Assembly (NCBI GenBank): GCA_963743305.1
Contig: CAVUPH010000014.1
Location: 448,001-512,000, forward strand
Source: an uncultured delta proteobacterium
GTDB lineage: Bacteria > Desulfobacterota > RBG-13-43-22
DNA length: 64,000 nucleotides
Direction of reading: 5' to 3'
Within the stretch, counting starts at the first letter, position 1. Each line of letters starts with the position of its first letter. Positions 9,558-20,100 of the stretch are shown here, piece after piece. The position numbers and the translations under genes were made by a program. The notes under the pieces are model-generated. The model was not told where the DNA came from. It did not search any database and saw nothing but the letters and a program-made list of their open reading frames with translations.

Positions 9558-9690
9558 GCCGGAGAACAGCATACCGGAACCGGGAATCAGAAGGAAAACA
9601 ATAAATCTCGTAAACCCCTGCCCCTTGATCCTTTTATCCAAGGGGCAGGGGAAACAAACCGCTACTGGAGATGACCCGAAGGAGGGAATC

Positions 9691-10120
9691 ATGAAAATAT
9701 TAGTCCCTGTTGATGGTTCAAAAAGTTCTCTGGAGGGGGCCCGGCTGGTCGGGGATCTGGCTCTGGCAAAAGCGGCTCAGATAACCCTTCTGGCCGTGGT
9801 CTCCGTTTATCCCGATATTGATCTGGAAATATCGGCCCGAGCCAGGGAATCTTTGGACAGTAAATTGAGCGCTCGGGCCGAGCAGGCGCCTTGACCAGGC
9901 CAAGGGGTTCTTTACCGGGCTGACGGTCGAAAGCATACTCGTCAGTTCGAACGACGTGGCCGATGAAATTGTAACACTGGCTGAAGAGGGGAAATTCGAC
10001 CTGATTGTCATGGGCAGCCGGGGCTTTAATGCCACCGGCAGGTTTTCCGTGGGTGGGACGGCCCTTAAAGTGGCCAGCCATTCCAGGTGTTCGGTGTTGT
10101 TGGCTAAAGGGCAGGAATAG
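9691..10120 (+). CDS. Universal stress protein (UspA family), apparent +1 frameshift near 9890
   Basis: MKILVPVDGS start; shifted frame gives DLIVMGSRG...SVGGTALKVASHSRCSVLLAK to TAG 10120. Confidence 0.85.
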
Positions 10121-10139
10121 AATTTAACCGTGACTCGTT

Positions 10140-10180
10140 GAGGCGAAAGGAAACCCCGCCGTTTCTTTTCGCCTCTTTTT
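10140..10180 (+). terminator. Rho-independent terminator between convergent genes
   Basis: GAGGCGAAAGGAAAC / GTTTCTTTTCGCCTC stem followed by a T-run. Confidence 0.7.
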
Positions 10181-11282
10181 ATTGATCGGTTTCGAAGGCA
10201 TAATTGCCCCTTAAAAAGGCCTCGGCGTACCAGTTCACCGTCGATTCATTATTCATGACCATATCCCGCTGCCGGGAGCAGCCCATCAGTCGGCCGATCA
10301 TATCCAGCCGGTTTTCTATCACGGTTCGTTCGGCGTTGTTCAGCCGAGCCTCGATCAAATCTTTGTGGACATCCACCTCAAAATCCAGGCGTTCGAGGAC
10401 CAGCCCGATAAAACGGGCCCTCCGGGCCCGGCGCAGGTCGTCGGCCGCCCCCCCTCTGAGCATAAACCGGATATGATTGTTCCGGGGATCATCGCTCAAG
10501 TAAGAAGCCACGGAGGTGTAATGGTATCCCAGGCGGGAGTTATAGTTCATATATTCCTTGGCGGCCAGGAGGTAGGTCTTATCCCAGAAATCCTCCTCGG
10601 GTCGACTGGAACTCTGGGCCATAATGACCATAAATCCTTTCAGGTTGACCCCGATGGGACCCGACCAACTGATCCCGGGATAATACATCCCCTGGAACAT
10701 GGCCTTCACGGGGTCGGAAAGAATTTCTTCTTTTAAGACCATTTTGTTGTCGGAAGCGCAGACCCCGCCGCCGAGGTCGATCACGTGAAGCTTTATGGGA
10801 AGACCGGTCTGAACCGGAGTGGCTTTTATTTTTCTCAGGTCATAGAGGTCCATCAGGCAAAACATTTCTTCCACGGCCAGGTCGTGGGCGTATTCCAGAA
10901 GCTCCGGCAGGGTCTGATGGTTTCCCCGGCAAAAGGACTCCGGCATGACATGTCGGCATTGGGAAAAATCCAAATCTTTAAAAGTCTCTCGATAAATTTT
11001 TTCCACCTCTTCCCGGGTCTGGGCCTCCCGGGTTAAGGCATAGGCTTTGAAAAGCTGGGGTAACTTCTGGTCAAATAATTTACTCAGCAGGTCGATCAAC
11101 TGGCTGGCCAGATCAATGAACACTCGACTGCCTCCGGGGGTGTCGGCGGCGAGTAAGTCCGATAATTTTCGACGGACTCGGAGGATTCCCTGGTAATGAC
11201 CGAAAAAATTTCGAAATTCCTCGGCCAGAGGAAGCAGGGCGCAGTCTTTAGGTTTAAATAAACTTTTTAACCAGGTTCTCAA
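10179..11282 (-). CDS. Stand-alone domain resembling the C-terminal extension of deltaproteobacterial PEP-synthase/pyruvate-water-dikinase-related proteins
   Basis: LHVIDLGGG, YMNYNSRLGYH, GGAADDLRRARRARFI, GRLMGCSRQRDM motifs recalled from that family; no ATP-grasp or swivel domain visible. Confidence 0.6.
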   Translation of the reverse strand: MRTWLKSLFKPKDCALLPLAEEFRNFFGHYQGILRVRRKLSDLLAADTPGGSRVFIDLASQLIDLLSKLFDQKLPQLFKAYALTREAQTREEVEKIYRETFKDLDFSQCRHVMPESFCRGNHQTLPELLEYAHDLAVEEMFCLMDLYDLRKIKATPVQTGLPIKLHVIDLGGGVCASDNKMVLKEEILSDPVKAMFQGMYYPGISWSGPIGVNLKGFMVIMAQSSSRPEEDFWDKTYLLAAKEYMNYNSRLGYHYTSVASYLSDDPRNNHIRFMLRGGAADDLRRARRARFIGLVLERLDFEVDVHKDLIEARLNNAERTVIENRLDMIGRLMGCSRQRDMVMNNESTVNWYAEAFLRGNYAFETDQ

Positions 11283-11390
11283 GGGGGATGGCTCAGATCA
11301 GGAAATAAATTATTACCTTAAGTGCTGTCAAAAATCTTTCGAATGGTATATTATATTAGATTAAACATCAAATCAAAAAAGGATGTTTCT

Positions 11391-11576
11391 ATGGACCCTT
11401 GGTCAATTTTGGCCAACCTGGCCTCAGATGGAGACCCCCGCCAACCCGGATTCCAGGCGCAAGGCTGGTATCTACTTACCAACCTCGTCCTGCCCATCCT
11501 GATGGGGGTGATTTTGATTGGTCCGGTCAAATGGATTGAAAAAATTTTGAGCCCCAGCCGGGGAGGCCGGGGTTAG
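11391..11576 (+). CDS. Small single-pass membrane protein, hypothetical (61 aa)
   Basis: ATG after AAAGGA; hydrophobic segment WYLLTNLVLPILMGVILIG. Confidence 0.5.
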   Translation: MDPWSILANLASDGDPRQPGFQAQGWYLLTNLVLPILMGVILIGPVKWIEKILSPSRGGRG

Positions 11577-11608
11577 ATGGATGAAATCCGGTCAAAAGCA
11601 TTATTTCT

Positions 11609-11635
11609 TAAAGTTTTCCAAATAAAGTCCGATAA
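11609..11635 (+). promoter_or_regulatory. Sigma28 (FliA)-type promoter
   Basis: TAAAGTTT-N11-TCCGATAA versus consensus TAAAGTTT-N11-GCCGATAA. Confidence 0.65.
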
Positions 11636-11674
11636 AGAGAGACAGAAAATAGTTTTAAGTTAAAAAAATCAAAA

Positions 11675-11769
11675 CCTGTAAAGGGCAAACCATCCGAAAG
11701 GGTGGGACGCAAAGCCACTGGCCTAAATGATCTGCAATATGCGGAACATAGGGTAGCAGGGTTGCCAGG
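11675..11769 (+). ncRNA. Cyclic di-GMP-I (GEMM) riboswitch
   Basis: AGGGCAAACCATCCGAAAGGGTGGGACGCAAAGCC..GGCCTAAA...GGTAGCAGGGTTGCC closely matches the Vc2 aptamer; P1 CCTG/CAGG. Confidence 0.93.
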
Positions 11770-11828
11770 CGAAGACGGTACCTCTCGGGACTGTTCATCG
11801 CTGAACGGCAAAAACGGGAGGTACTGGA

Positions 11829-12665
11829 ATGGCTATTCAACAACAGAAGGTTCTACCGTCCCTTTCCCTTTCTTTTCCCGCCTTATTCTTAATCGGTTTC
11901 TTTTTCTTCCTGTTGCTCTTTCTGGCCGGTCAGGCCCGGGCCGAACAGGTTTCCTTAGCCTGGGACGCCAACACGGAACCCGACCTGGGTGGATATAAGC
12001 TCTATTACGGGACCGCCGCCCAGGCCTATTCCCAAGTGATTAATGTGGGCAAAAATACCCAGGTGACGGTGAGCAACCTAACCCAGGGAGTCACCTATTT
12101 TTTTGCAGTTACCGCCTACAATCTTCAAGGGGCGGAAAGTGATTATTCCAATGAAATCAATAACACGGTCCTGCGCCAGTACCGATTGACCGTCACCAAA
12201 AGAGGGTCCGGCGACGGGATTATCTCCGGGGAAGGGATCAACTGCGGCGCGGACTGTGATCAGTGGTATGACGAGGGGACCCCCATAACCCTGACCGCAA
12301 ACCCGGGACAGGGATCGGTGTTTGTCGGCTGGTCCGGAGACGACTGTAGTGGGGTGGGGGAGTGTACGATCACTCTGAACGCGGATAAGACCTTGACCGC
12401 CGGCCTGGTTTTAGACGGGTATAATGTGACCAAGAAAAATAGAAATATGAAGGGAGGGACTAGGCTTGCCGGAACCGTTCCCCAGGCTGAGCCCGGTAGA
12501 AGGGCAGGAACGATGCTGAATGGCTCCTCGACCGGGGAGACGCCCGCCATTTCCTCGGTTTATGTGATTGCTAAAAGAAACGGCCTTCGAGAAAAAAATT
12601 CGCTTCTCACACCGGGCACACAGGGATTAAAGCAGGAAGCGGCGTTAAGATTCCGCAACAATTAA
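11829..12665 (+). CDS. Secreted protein with a fibronectin type III domain and an InlB B-repeat-like domain
   Basis: Signal peptide ending ARA; VSLAWDAN...YKLYYG...YFFAVTAYN...ESDYSNE (FN3); LTVTKRGSGDG...CGADC...LTANP..GSVFVGWSGDDC (B-repeat). Confidence 0.8.
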   Translation: MAIQQQKVLPSLSLSFPALFLIGFFFFLLLFLAGQARAEQVSLAWDANTEPDLGGYKLYYGTAAQAYSQVINVGKNTQVTVSNLTQGVTYFFAVTAYNLQGAESDYSNEINNTVLRQYRLTVTKRGSGDGIISGEGINCGADCDQWYDEGTPITLTANPGQGSVFVGWSGDDCSGVGECTITLNADKTLTAGLVLDGYNVTKKNRNMKGGTRLAGTVPQAEPGRRAGTMLNGSSTGETPAISSVYVIAKRNGLREKNSLLTPGTQGLKQEAALRFRNN

Positions 12666-12947
12666 ATTCCTCGCAATCGGAGAGTTCGCCTCCTAAAGAG
12701 ACGAAAAATTCCACCCCAAAGAAACGATCCGCCTTTTCCACCATTCCTTTACTCAAATCCCCCCCAAATGCCTTTTCACAAAAATATCGATAGAGAAGAT
12801 TGATTTGGAGTCAATATTTTGCTATTCTGATGCTTCCTGAAATGGAAATGTTATAGGTAAGGGCCTTCCTAAAAATAGAAAGAAAAAAAGCAGGCCAAAT
12901 CCAGAGGTGACCGACTCGCGAACAGTCCGCGGAAAGGGAAAAGTTTC

Positions 12948-13841
12948 ATGTTTGAGCAATGTCAGCTAAAACTTTTTCCGATGACGGTGCAGGAGGTTTT
13001 GTCCGTCATTCCTTTATCCATCAACCATGCCGAACTTCTTTATCATGAAGGATTGATTTCTTTCCAACCGGAGCCGGCAAAAAAATTGCGTCCAAAGGAA
13101 CAGGCGGAGCTTTTTTTCGTAGGGACTTTAGCCAAAAATCCGATCCCTTTAGAGGCAATCAAGTATCTGCTTCAATCCTTGCGACCCCCCTATGCTTATT
13201 CTTTTAAGGAAGTTTTTTTTGACTGGGTTCAGGGAACTTGGGGAGAATTTCCTTCCGGAAGGCAGCCGGAAAAGGAGAGCAAGGAGGGGCGGCTTTCCTT
13301 GGATTGGACAGCGGTTTATCCCCTGGCCCAACGGGTCTTCACCCTCTGGCCCGGACAGCCTGAATTGATCTGGGTGCGGGAGTCCTGGGGTATGGTCCGG
13401 CAAAGCGATCTAGCGGATTATGTCGATGATTTCGAGCGCTGGGGAGTGTTGTTTCGATTCCTGGCGCTGGCGGGGATCTATTTCGATTTTTGTCACTTGG
13501 CCTGGAATCGGGAAAACCTGCCTGATTATGAAATCCTGGGAAAGGAACTGGGACTGGGACTGCTCCAGGTGGTGATGCTGTTGGGGCCGGACGCGCTTTT
13601 GGAACAGGTCAATGAGGAGGAAGACCTTTTTCGGATGGGAATGAAATCCCTGGCCGACCAGGCTCGAGTAGAGATCGTTCCCGTCCTGATTCGGGGCTAT
13701 GGTGGATTAAAGGCCCTTTACGAGGCTTTTCGCCGGAGCCGGCAGACGGAGCCCTTACCGGCGGAAAATGAACAAATCATTCAACTTTCTGAACGGAACG
13801 CCTTTCGCTGGCTGGAAGATGGCTGTCGGGCTTTCCGCTGA
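12948..13841 (+). CDS. Hypothetical protein, possible N-terminal MerR-like winged helix
   Basis: Long ORF with a plausible RBS; N-terminal pattern resembles MerR HTH (weak). Confidence 0.6.
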   Translation: MFEQCQLKLFPMTVQEVLSVIPLSINHAELLYHEGLISFQPEPAKKLRPKEQAELFFVGTLAKNPIPLEAIKYLLQSLRPPYAYSFKEVFFDWVQGTWGEFPSGRQPEKESKEGRLSLDWTAVYPLAQRVFTLWPGQPELIWVRESWGMVRQSDLADYVDDFERWGVLFRFLALAGIYFDFCHLAWNRENLPDYEILGKELGLGLLQVVMLLGPDALLEQVNEEEDLFRMGMKSLADQARVEIVPVLIRGYGGLKALYEAFRRSRQTEPLPAENEQIIQLSERNAFRWLEDGCRAFR

Positions 13842-13928
13842 AACAGCCGCGCGATCCATTCGGATCTTGCGGATGAATCTCTTCAGCGGCCACGACGGCC
13901 GTTCTCCCCTTCGCCCTCCTGCCTGGTG

Positions 13929-16900
13929 ATGTCCGGCCTGACCCTCTATACCAGCAACCGTTTGGAAAATCTGGCGGACCGGTTGGCCGAGGTGCTGGAG
14001 GCCCCGTTGCCTTCGCCCTTAACACCGGAAATTATTCTGGTCCAAAGCCTGGGGATGGAGAAATGGATCTCCTTGGAATTGGCCCGGCGCCTGAAGATCT
14101 GCGCCAATATGCACTTTCCCTTCCCCAACCATTTTATCACCGGTGTTTTCAGACAGGTCCTGCCCGAATTGGAAGAAACCCCGCTTTTCAACCCTGAAAT
14201 CATGGCCTGGCGGCTAATGAAAATCCTGCCACCCCTTTTGAAAGAGAAAGGGTTTGACGCCCTATTCCTCTATTTATCCGAGGGGCCTACCGACGTGAAA
14301 CTTTTTCAACTTTCGCGGCGGGTGGCCGAGCTTTTTGACCAATACCTCCTTTTTCGTCCGGAGATGATCTTCCTTTGGGAAAAGGGGCAAGAGGATCATT
14401 GGCAGGCGGTTCTCTGGCGGAATATGGTTCGGGGAATCGAAAATAAACACCGCGCCGCCTTACAAAAAACCGTCCTGGAAAAAATCAGGAGTTCAGTCTT
14501 CCAGCCGGAGATCCTGCCTAAGCGGATGGCCGTCTTCGGGATCTCAGCCCTGCCCTTCTTTCATGTGGAAATGCTGGCGGCCCTATCCCGTTTCATGGAG
14601 GTCAACCTTTTCCTGATGAATCCCTGCCGGGAATACTGGGGGAACCTGCTGACCCGAAGGGAAACGCAGCAGGTCAAGGAAAAGGCTAAGGGAAAGCAGG
14701 CCCTTACGGAATACCTGCATCTAATGCCGGGAAACAGCCTTCTGGCTTCTCTGGGCCGACTGGGTCAGGATTTTTTTGATATGATTCTGAATTTTGAGCC
14801 TCGAGAGGAAGATGGCCCGGTTGATCCAGGGCAAAAAACGCTTCTCAACTGCCTTCAGCAAGACATTCTTTTTCTGCGTGAACGCGGTGCGGGGGATGAA
14901 GGAAAAAAAGAAATCGACCCCGCTGACCTTTCTATTGAAATCCATTCCTGCCACAGCCCCATGAGGGAGGTGGAGGTTCTCCAGGACCGCCTTCTTTCCC
15001 TATTTGAAGCACACCCGGGATTGCTTCCCAAAGATGTTATGGTTATGACTCCGGACATCAAAACCTATGCCCCTTATATTCAGGCGGTTTTTTCGGTGCC
15101 CCCGGAGGATCCGCGCTGGATCCCCTTCAGCCTGGCCGATCGGGGGATTCGGCAGGAAAGTCCCTTGGCCGATCTGATTTTGGGAATGCTTGACCTGCGG
15201 GGAAGCCGGTTCGGAGTTTCCCGGGTGATGGCATTTCTGGAGTCGCCTCCGGTGCAGAGGAGATATTCCCTGGCCGAGGAGGACCTGGAGCTTATCCGTC
15301 GATGGATAGAGGATACCCGGATCCGTTGGGGCATTGACCGGGAAAGTCGGAAGATCCTGGGTCTTCCCGACTATCCGGAAAACACCTGGGGAGCGGGCCT
15401 GGAAAGAATGTTGCTGGGTTACGCCCTACCTCGCCGGGAGGATGAGCTCTTCATGGGAATCCTGCCCTATGACCGGATTGAGGGGAGCGAGGCCTCGGTC
15501 CTGGGAAATTTTGTGCATCTGGCCAATCGTCTATTCGCTCTGGAAAAAGATCTGGGGGAACCGCGGTCCCTGGGGGCGTGGGGTGATTATCTGACCCGAG
15601 TGCTCGACGAATTTTTTTCTTCCGACGAAGAGACCGAACGGGACCTCCTTTTTTTTCGCCGGCTATTGCGACAGTTTGGGGAAAGACAGGAACTCTCCGG
15701 GTTTGACGAAAAAATCAACCTGGAAGTGATCCGATCCCTGCTGAAATCTACCCTGGAAAACGAGGGGTTCGGGACCGGCTTTATAACCGGGGGGGTGACC
15801 TTTTGCGCCATGTTGCCTATGCGCAGTATCCCCTTTAAGGTGATCGGCCTCCTGGGAATGAACGATGACGCCTATCCCCGGCCGACCCAATCTCTGGGAT
15901 TTGACCTGTTGGCCAAGAATCCCCAGCCGGGAGATCGCTCGCGGAGGAACGACGACCGTTACCTTTTTCTGGAGGTCCTGCTTTCCGCCAGGGAGAGGCT
16001 CCATATTAGTTATGTGGGACAGAGCATTCAAGATAACAACCCGCGGCCGCCTTCGGTCCTGGTCAGCGAGCTTTTGGACTATCTGGAAGCAGGATACAGG
16101 ATTTCCGGAAAAGAGATCCGCGGGCAAATCGTTCGGCGGCATCCCCTTCAGGCCTTTAGCCCGGAGTATTTCAAAAAGAATCCGGAAGGCCGGTTCTTCA
16201 GTTATTCCCAGGAGAACCTCGAGGCGGCCCGGCAGGCGCAAAACCAGCTTCCTGAAGTAAGCCCGTTTATCGCTCAAGGCCTTCCCGAGCCGCCACTGGA
16301 ATGGAAAACGATCGAGGTCGGGCAGCTCATCCGGTTTTTCGGAAACCCGTCCCAATTCATCCTCAACCAGCGTTTGGGGATCTATTTAGAGGAAGGAGAG
16401 GCGATATTAGAGGAAACCGAACCCTTCGAGGTCAAAGGGCTGGATAAATATGTCCTTGAACAGGAGCTGGTCGAAAGGGGAGCGGAAAACCGCAGCCTGC
16501 CGGCAGCTTTTTCAGCCGTCCGGGCGGCGGGATTGCTTCCTCACGGAAGACCCGGTGAGTGTTTTTTTCAAAAGACCTGCCGGTCCATCGATGATTTTCT
16601 GGAAATACTCCACCCTTACCGGGAAGGAGGACCGCTGGCGCCCCTGGAAGTGGATCTGGCCCTGGGAGGGTTCCGGGTCGTGGGCCGGATTGAGGGCCTT
16701 TACCCTCAGGGGCTGATTCATTTCCGCTACGCCAAGGTGAAACCAAAAGACCGTCTGCGACTCTGGATTAGGCATCTTTTGGTGAACCGCATCGGCTTTC
16801 CGGGCTATCCGGATCAGGCCCGACTCTTCGGTCAGGATAAAGCCCGCACTTACCCGTCGGTCCCAGACAGTGATGCGCTGTTACAAGAGCTACTCGAGCT

Positions 16901-17165
16901 TTACTGGCGGGGACTGCAAAAGCCCGTCCATTTCTTTCCGCACACTTCCTGGGTTTACGCCGAGGCCTTATGGAAAAAGAAAAAAAAGGAGGAGGCCTTG
17001 AAAATTTCCCGGATAGTCTGGGAAGGATCTGACTTCAACCGGGGAGAGGACCAGGACCCCTATTATCGGGTCTGCTTTGAACACCGGGACCCTTTGGATG
17101 AAGAATTCGAGACCCTGGCCGAGAATGTTTTTCTGCCGGTGCTGCAGTGCGAACGGAAGAGTTGA
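13929..17165 (+). CDS. recC: Exodeoxyribonuclease V gamma subunit
   Basis: YTSNRLENL, HSCHSPMREVEVL, VMTPDI, PMRSIPF motifs. Confidence 0.95.
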   Translation: MSGLTLYTSNRLENLADRLAEVLEAPLPSPLTPEIILVQSLGMEKWISLELARRLKICANMHFPFPNHFITGVFRQVLPELEETPLFNPEIMAWRLMKILPPLLKEKGFDALFLYLSEGPTDVKLFQLSRRVAELFDQYLLFRPEMIFLWEKGQEDHWQAVLWRNMVRGIENKHRAALQKTVLEKIRSSVFQPEILPKRMAVFGISALPFFHVEMLAALSRFMEVNLFLMNPCREYWGNLLTRRETQQVKEKAKGKQALTEYLHLMPGNSLLASLGRLGQDFFDMILNFEPREEDGPVDPGQKTLLNCLQQDILFLRERGAGDEGKKEIDPADLSIEIHSCHSPMREVEVLQDRLLSLFEAHPGLLPKDVMVMTPDIKTYAPYIQAVFSVPPEDPRWIPFSLADRGIRQESPLADLILGMLDLRGSRFGVSRVMAFLESPPVQRRYSLAEEDLELIRRWIEDTRIRWGIDRESRKILGLPDYPENTWGAGLERMLLGYALPRREDELFMGILPYDRIEGSEASVLGNFVHLANRLFALEKDLGEPRSLGAWGDYLTRVLDEFFSSDEETERDLLFFRRLLRQFGERQELSGFDEKINLEVIRSLLKSTLENEGFGTGFITGGVTFCAMLPMRSIPFKVIGLLGMNDDAYPRPTQSLGFDLLAKNPQPGDRSRRNDDRYLFLEVLLSARERLHISYVGQSIQDNNPRPPSVLVSELLDYLEAGYRISGKEIRGQIVRRHPLQAFSPEYFKKNPEGRFFSYSQENLEAARQAQNQLPEVSPFIAQGLPEPPLEWKTIEVGQLIRFFGNPSQFILNQRLGIYLEEGEAILEETEPFEVKGLDKYVLEQELVERGAENRSLPAAFSAVRAAGLLPHGRPGECFFQKTCRSIDDFLEILHPYREGGPLAPLEVDLALGGFRVVGRIEGLYPQGLIHFRYAKVKPKDRLRLWIRHLLVNRIGFPGYPDQARLFGQDKARTYPSVPDSDALLQELLELYWRGLQKPVHFFPHTSWVYAEALWKKKKKEEALKISRIVWEGSDFNRGEDQDPYYRVCFEHRDPLDEEFETLAENVFLPVLQCERKS

Positions 17166-20100
17166 CCTTGATCCCTCAAGACCTCAAAACCCCCGGTTTT
17201 GATCTCTTGAATAGTCCCCTGGAGGGAACCAACCTGATTGAAGCCGGGGCCGGCACGGGAAAGACCTATACCCTCACCGGCCTCTTTCTGCGACTGATCC
17301 TGGAGAGGCGGCTGCCGGTAAACGAGATCCTGGTGGTGACTTATACCGTAGCCGCCACCGAGGAATTGCGCGATCGGATCCGCCGCAAAATCCGAGAAGC
17401 CCTGGAGGCTTGTTCCGGCGGAACCAGCCCGGATTCGTTTTTGCAGAGTTTGCTCCTTAAAGTCCCGGACCGGGAAGAGGCGGCCGTCCTCCTGCACGCC
17501 GCCCTCCTGGATTTCGATGAGGCGGCTATTTTCACCATTCATGGCTTTTGCCAGCGGACGCTGCAGGAGAGCGCGTTTGAAAGCGGCAGCCTGTTTGATA
17601 CGGAATTGGAACCTGAAGAGGAAACCGAGCTGATAGCGGAAATCGTCCAGGATTTCTGGCGCCGGCACTTTTATGATGCTCCCCGGGAGTGGGTCCAGTA
17701 CGCCCTGAGCCTGAACCTCGGTCCGGTTACCTTCCTGGAGCTTTTGAAAAAAGGGCGGTTTCAGTCCGACTTGAAAATTATTCCCCGGACCGATCCGGTG
17801 GTTTTCACAACCCTGGAGCCTTTTCGCCGGGCCTATGTCGAATTGCGGAATGCTTGGCCGAAGGCTCGGGACGAGGTGGAACAGGCCTTCAGCGATCCGG
17901 CTTTGACCGCCGACTACAGGGATCAGGTAGCTGCCAGACTGAGTCTGATGGATGCCTTTTTAGAGGAAAACAGCCCGGTCTTTCCCCTGCCGGAAAAATT
18001 CGAAAAATTCACTTCCAGGGGTTTGGAGAAGAAAACCAGGAAAAAGTTGAAAACCCCGCGGCATCCCTATTTTCTATTGTGCGATGCCCTGAAACTGGCG
18101 GCCGAGGCGCTTCGCCTGGAAATGGACCGCCACTTGCTGTATCTAAAAGGGGCGGTTTTTCAGTTCCTGGGGCAGGAACTGCCGATTCGGAAGCAGCGGC
18201 GCAACATCCAATCGTTTGATGATCTCCTGATCCGCCTGCGCCGATCTCTGGAAAAGCCTGGGGGGGACGAACTGTCCCGAGAGGTCAGGAAACGATATCG
18301 GGCCGCCCTCATTGATGAGTTCCAGGACACGGATCCCGTCCAGTACGCTATCTTCAGGAATATTTTCGGACAAGGGGGCTCCATATTATTTATAATCGGC
18401 GACCCCAAGCAGGCCATTTACAGATTCCGGGGTGCCGACCTGTTTGCCTACCTGAAGGCTGCCGGTCGGGTGGATCGTCGCTACACCCTGGACCGGAACT
18501 GGCGTTCCGAACCGGGATTGATTGCCGCGGTCAATACGGTCTTCGGCTGCCGGGAAAACGCCTTTCTCTACCGGGAGATCCCCTTTGAACCTGCGGTAGC
18601 GGAGGAAGGGGGATCGCAGGCCTTTTTAACCATCCGGGGGAAAAGGGAACCGCCGCTGCACTTCTGGCAGGTTAATTCGGGCGATGGAGGCCTCATTAAT
18701 AAAGGGGAGGCCGAAGCCCTGATTCCCGGGGCGGTGGCCGGCGAAATCTCCCGCCTCCTGAGGCTCGGAAAGAATGGCGAAGCCCTCCTGGACAGCCGGC
18801 GGCTGCGCGAGGGAGATCTGGCGGTACTGGTGCGCACCAACCGGCAGGCCCGGCTGATGCAGACGGCCCTGGGCCGATTGAAAATCGCCAGTGTCCTTCA
18901 TACTACCGGAAATTTGTTTGACAGCTACGAGGCACAGGAGGTGCAGCGGGTACTGGACGGGATGGTTCATCCCCTTCGGGAGGGTCGGATCAGGGCGGCG
19001 CTGGCCACCAACCTGCTGGGAGTGACCGGGGAAACCCTGGAAAGGCTCACCCGCGATGAGGCCGGGTGGGAGGAGTGGCTTTCCCGATTCAGGGAATATT
19101 ACGACATAGGGGAAAAGAAGGGGTTTATCCGGATGTTCCGGTATTTTCTGCTTCGGGAAAAGGTCCGTTCTCGCTTGCTTGGCTTGCCTAACGGGGAGAG
19201 ACGGCTGACGAATGTGCTCCACCTTTCCGAGGTGCTCCACCAGAGAGTTGTTGAAGAAAAGCTAGGCCTGACCGGACTCTCAAAATGGCTGGCCAGGCAA
19301 TGCGACCCTGGTTCCCCGCGGCTGGAGGAACATCAGCTTCGGCTGGAAAGCGATGCCGAGGCCGTAAAAATCGTTACCATCCACAGGAGCAAGGGGTTGG
19401 AGTACCCGATCGTTTTTTGCCCCTTTAACTGGGATCCATCGAAGATTAAAAAGGGGGCCTTTAGTTTCCACGACCGCGAGGAAGACTGGAGGCTCAACCT
19501 GGTGCTGGACCCGAAGGCGGGGGGGGATCGCGATTTGGTCGAATTGGCCGCACAGGAGGAACTGGCAGAAAACCTGAGGCTGCTCTATGTGTCGCTGACC
19601 CGTGCCAAAAACCGCTGTTATCTCATTTGGGGAAGGTTTCGGGACGCGGAGACCTCCTCCCTGGCCTACCTGCTGGCTCCTCCCGGGGACACTGACGAAA
19701 ATATTGTCCAAAAAGTGGAAACCCATTTTCAGGCCAAGACCGATGTCAGGCTCCGGCAGGACTTGGACGGACTGGCCCGGAAATCCGAGGGAATGATCCG
19801 GGTAACCGAGCTGCCGAGAGTCCCGGGTGAGGAAGTTAGCCCGGATGAAATAGACTGGGATGAATTGAGCGGGAGGGTTTTCCGGGGGACTGTTTCCCGG
19901 GAATGGCAGATCGCCAGTTTTTCCCGACTGACCGTCGGGGTTAAAGAAACCTTTGATTCCCCGCAATCGGAAGACGCCTCCGCTGACCTGCCGGACCACG
20001 ACCAGGCCCAGGACGCCGAAGAACCGTTTTTGGATCCGGAGCCGTTCTCCATTTTTGCCTTTCCCCGGGGGGCCAAAGCGGGGACTCTGCTGCATGATCT

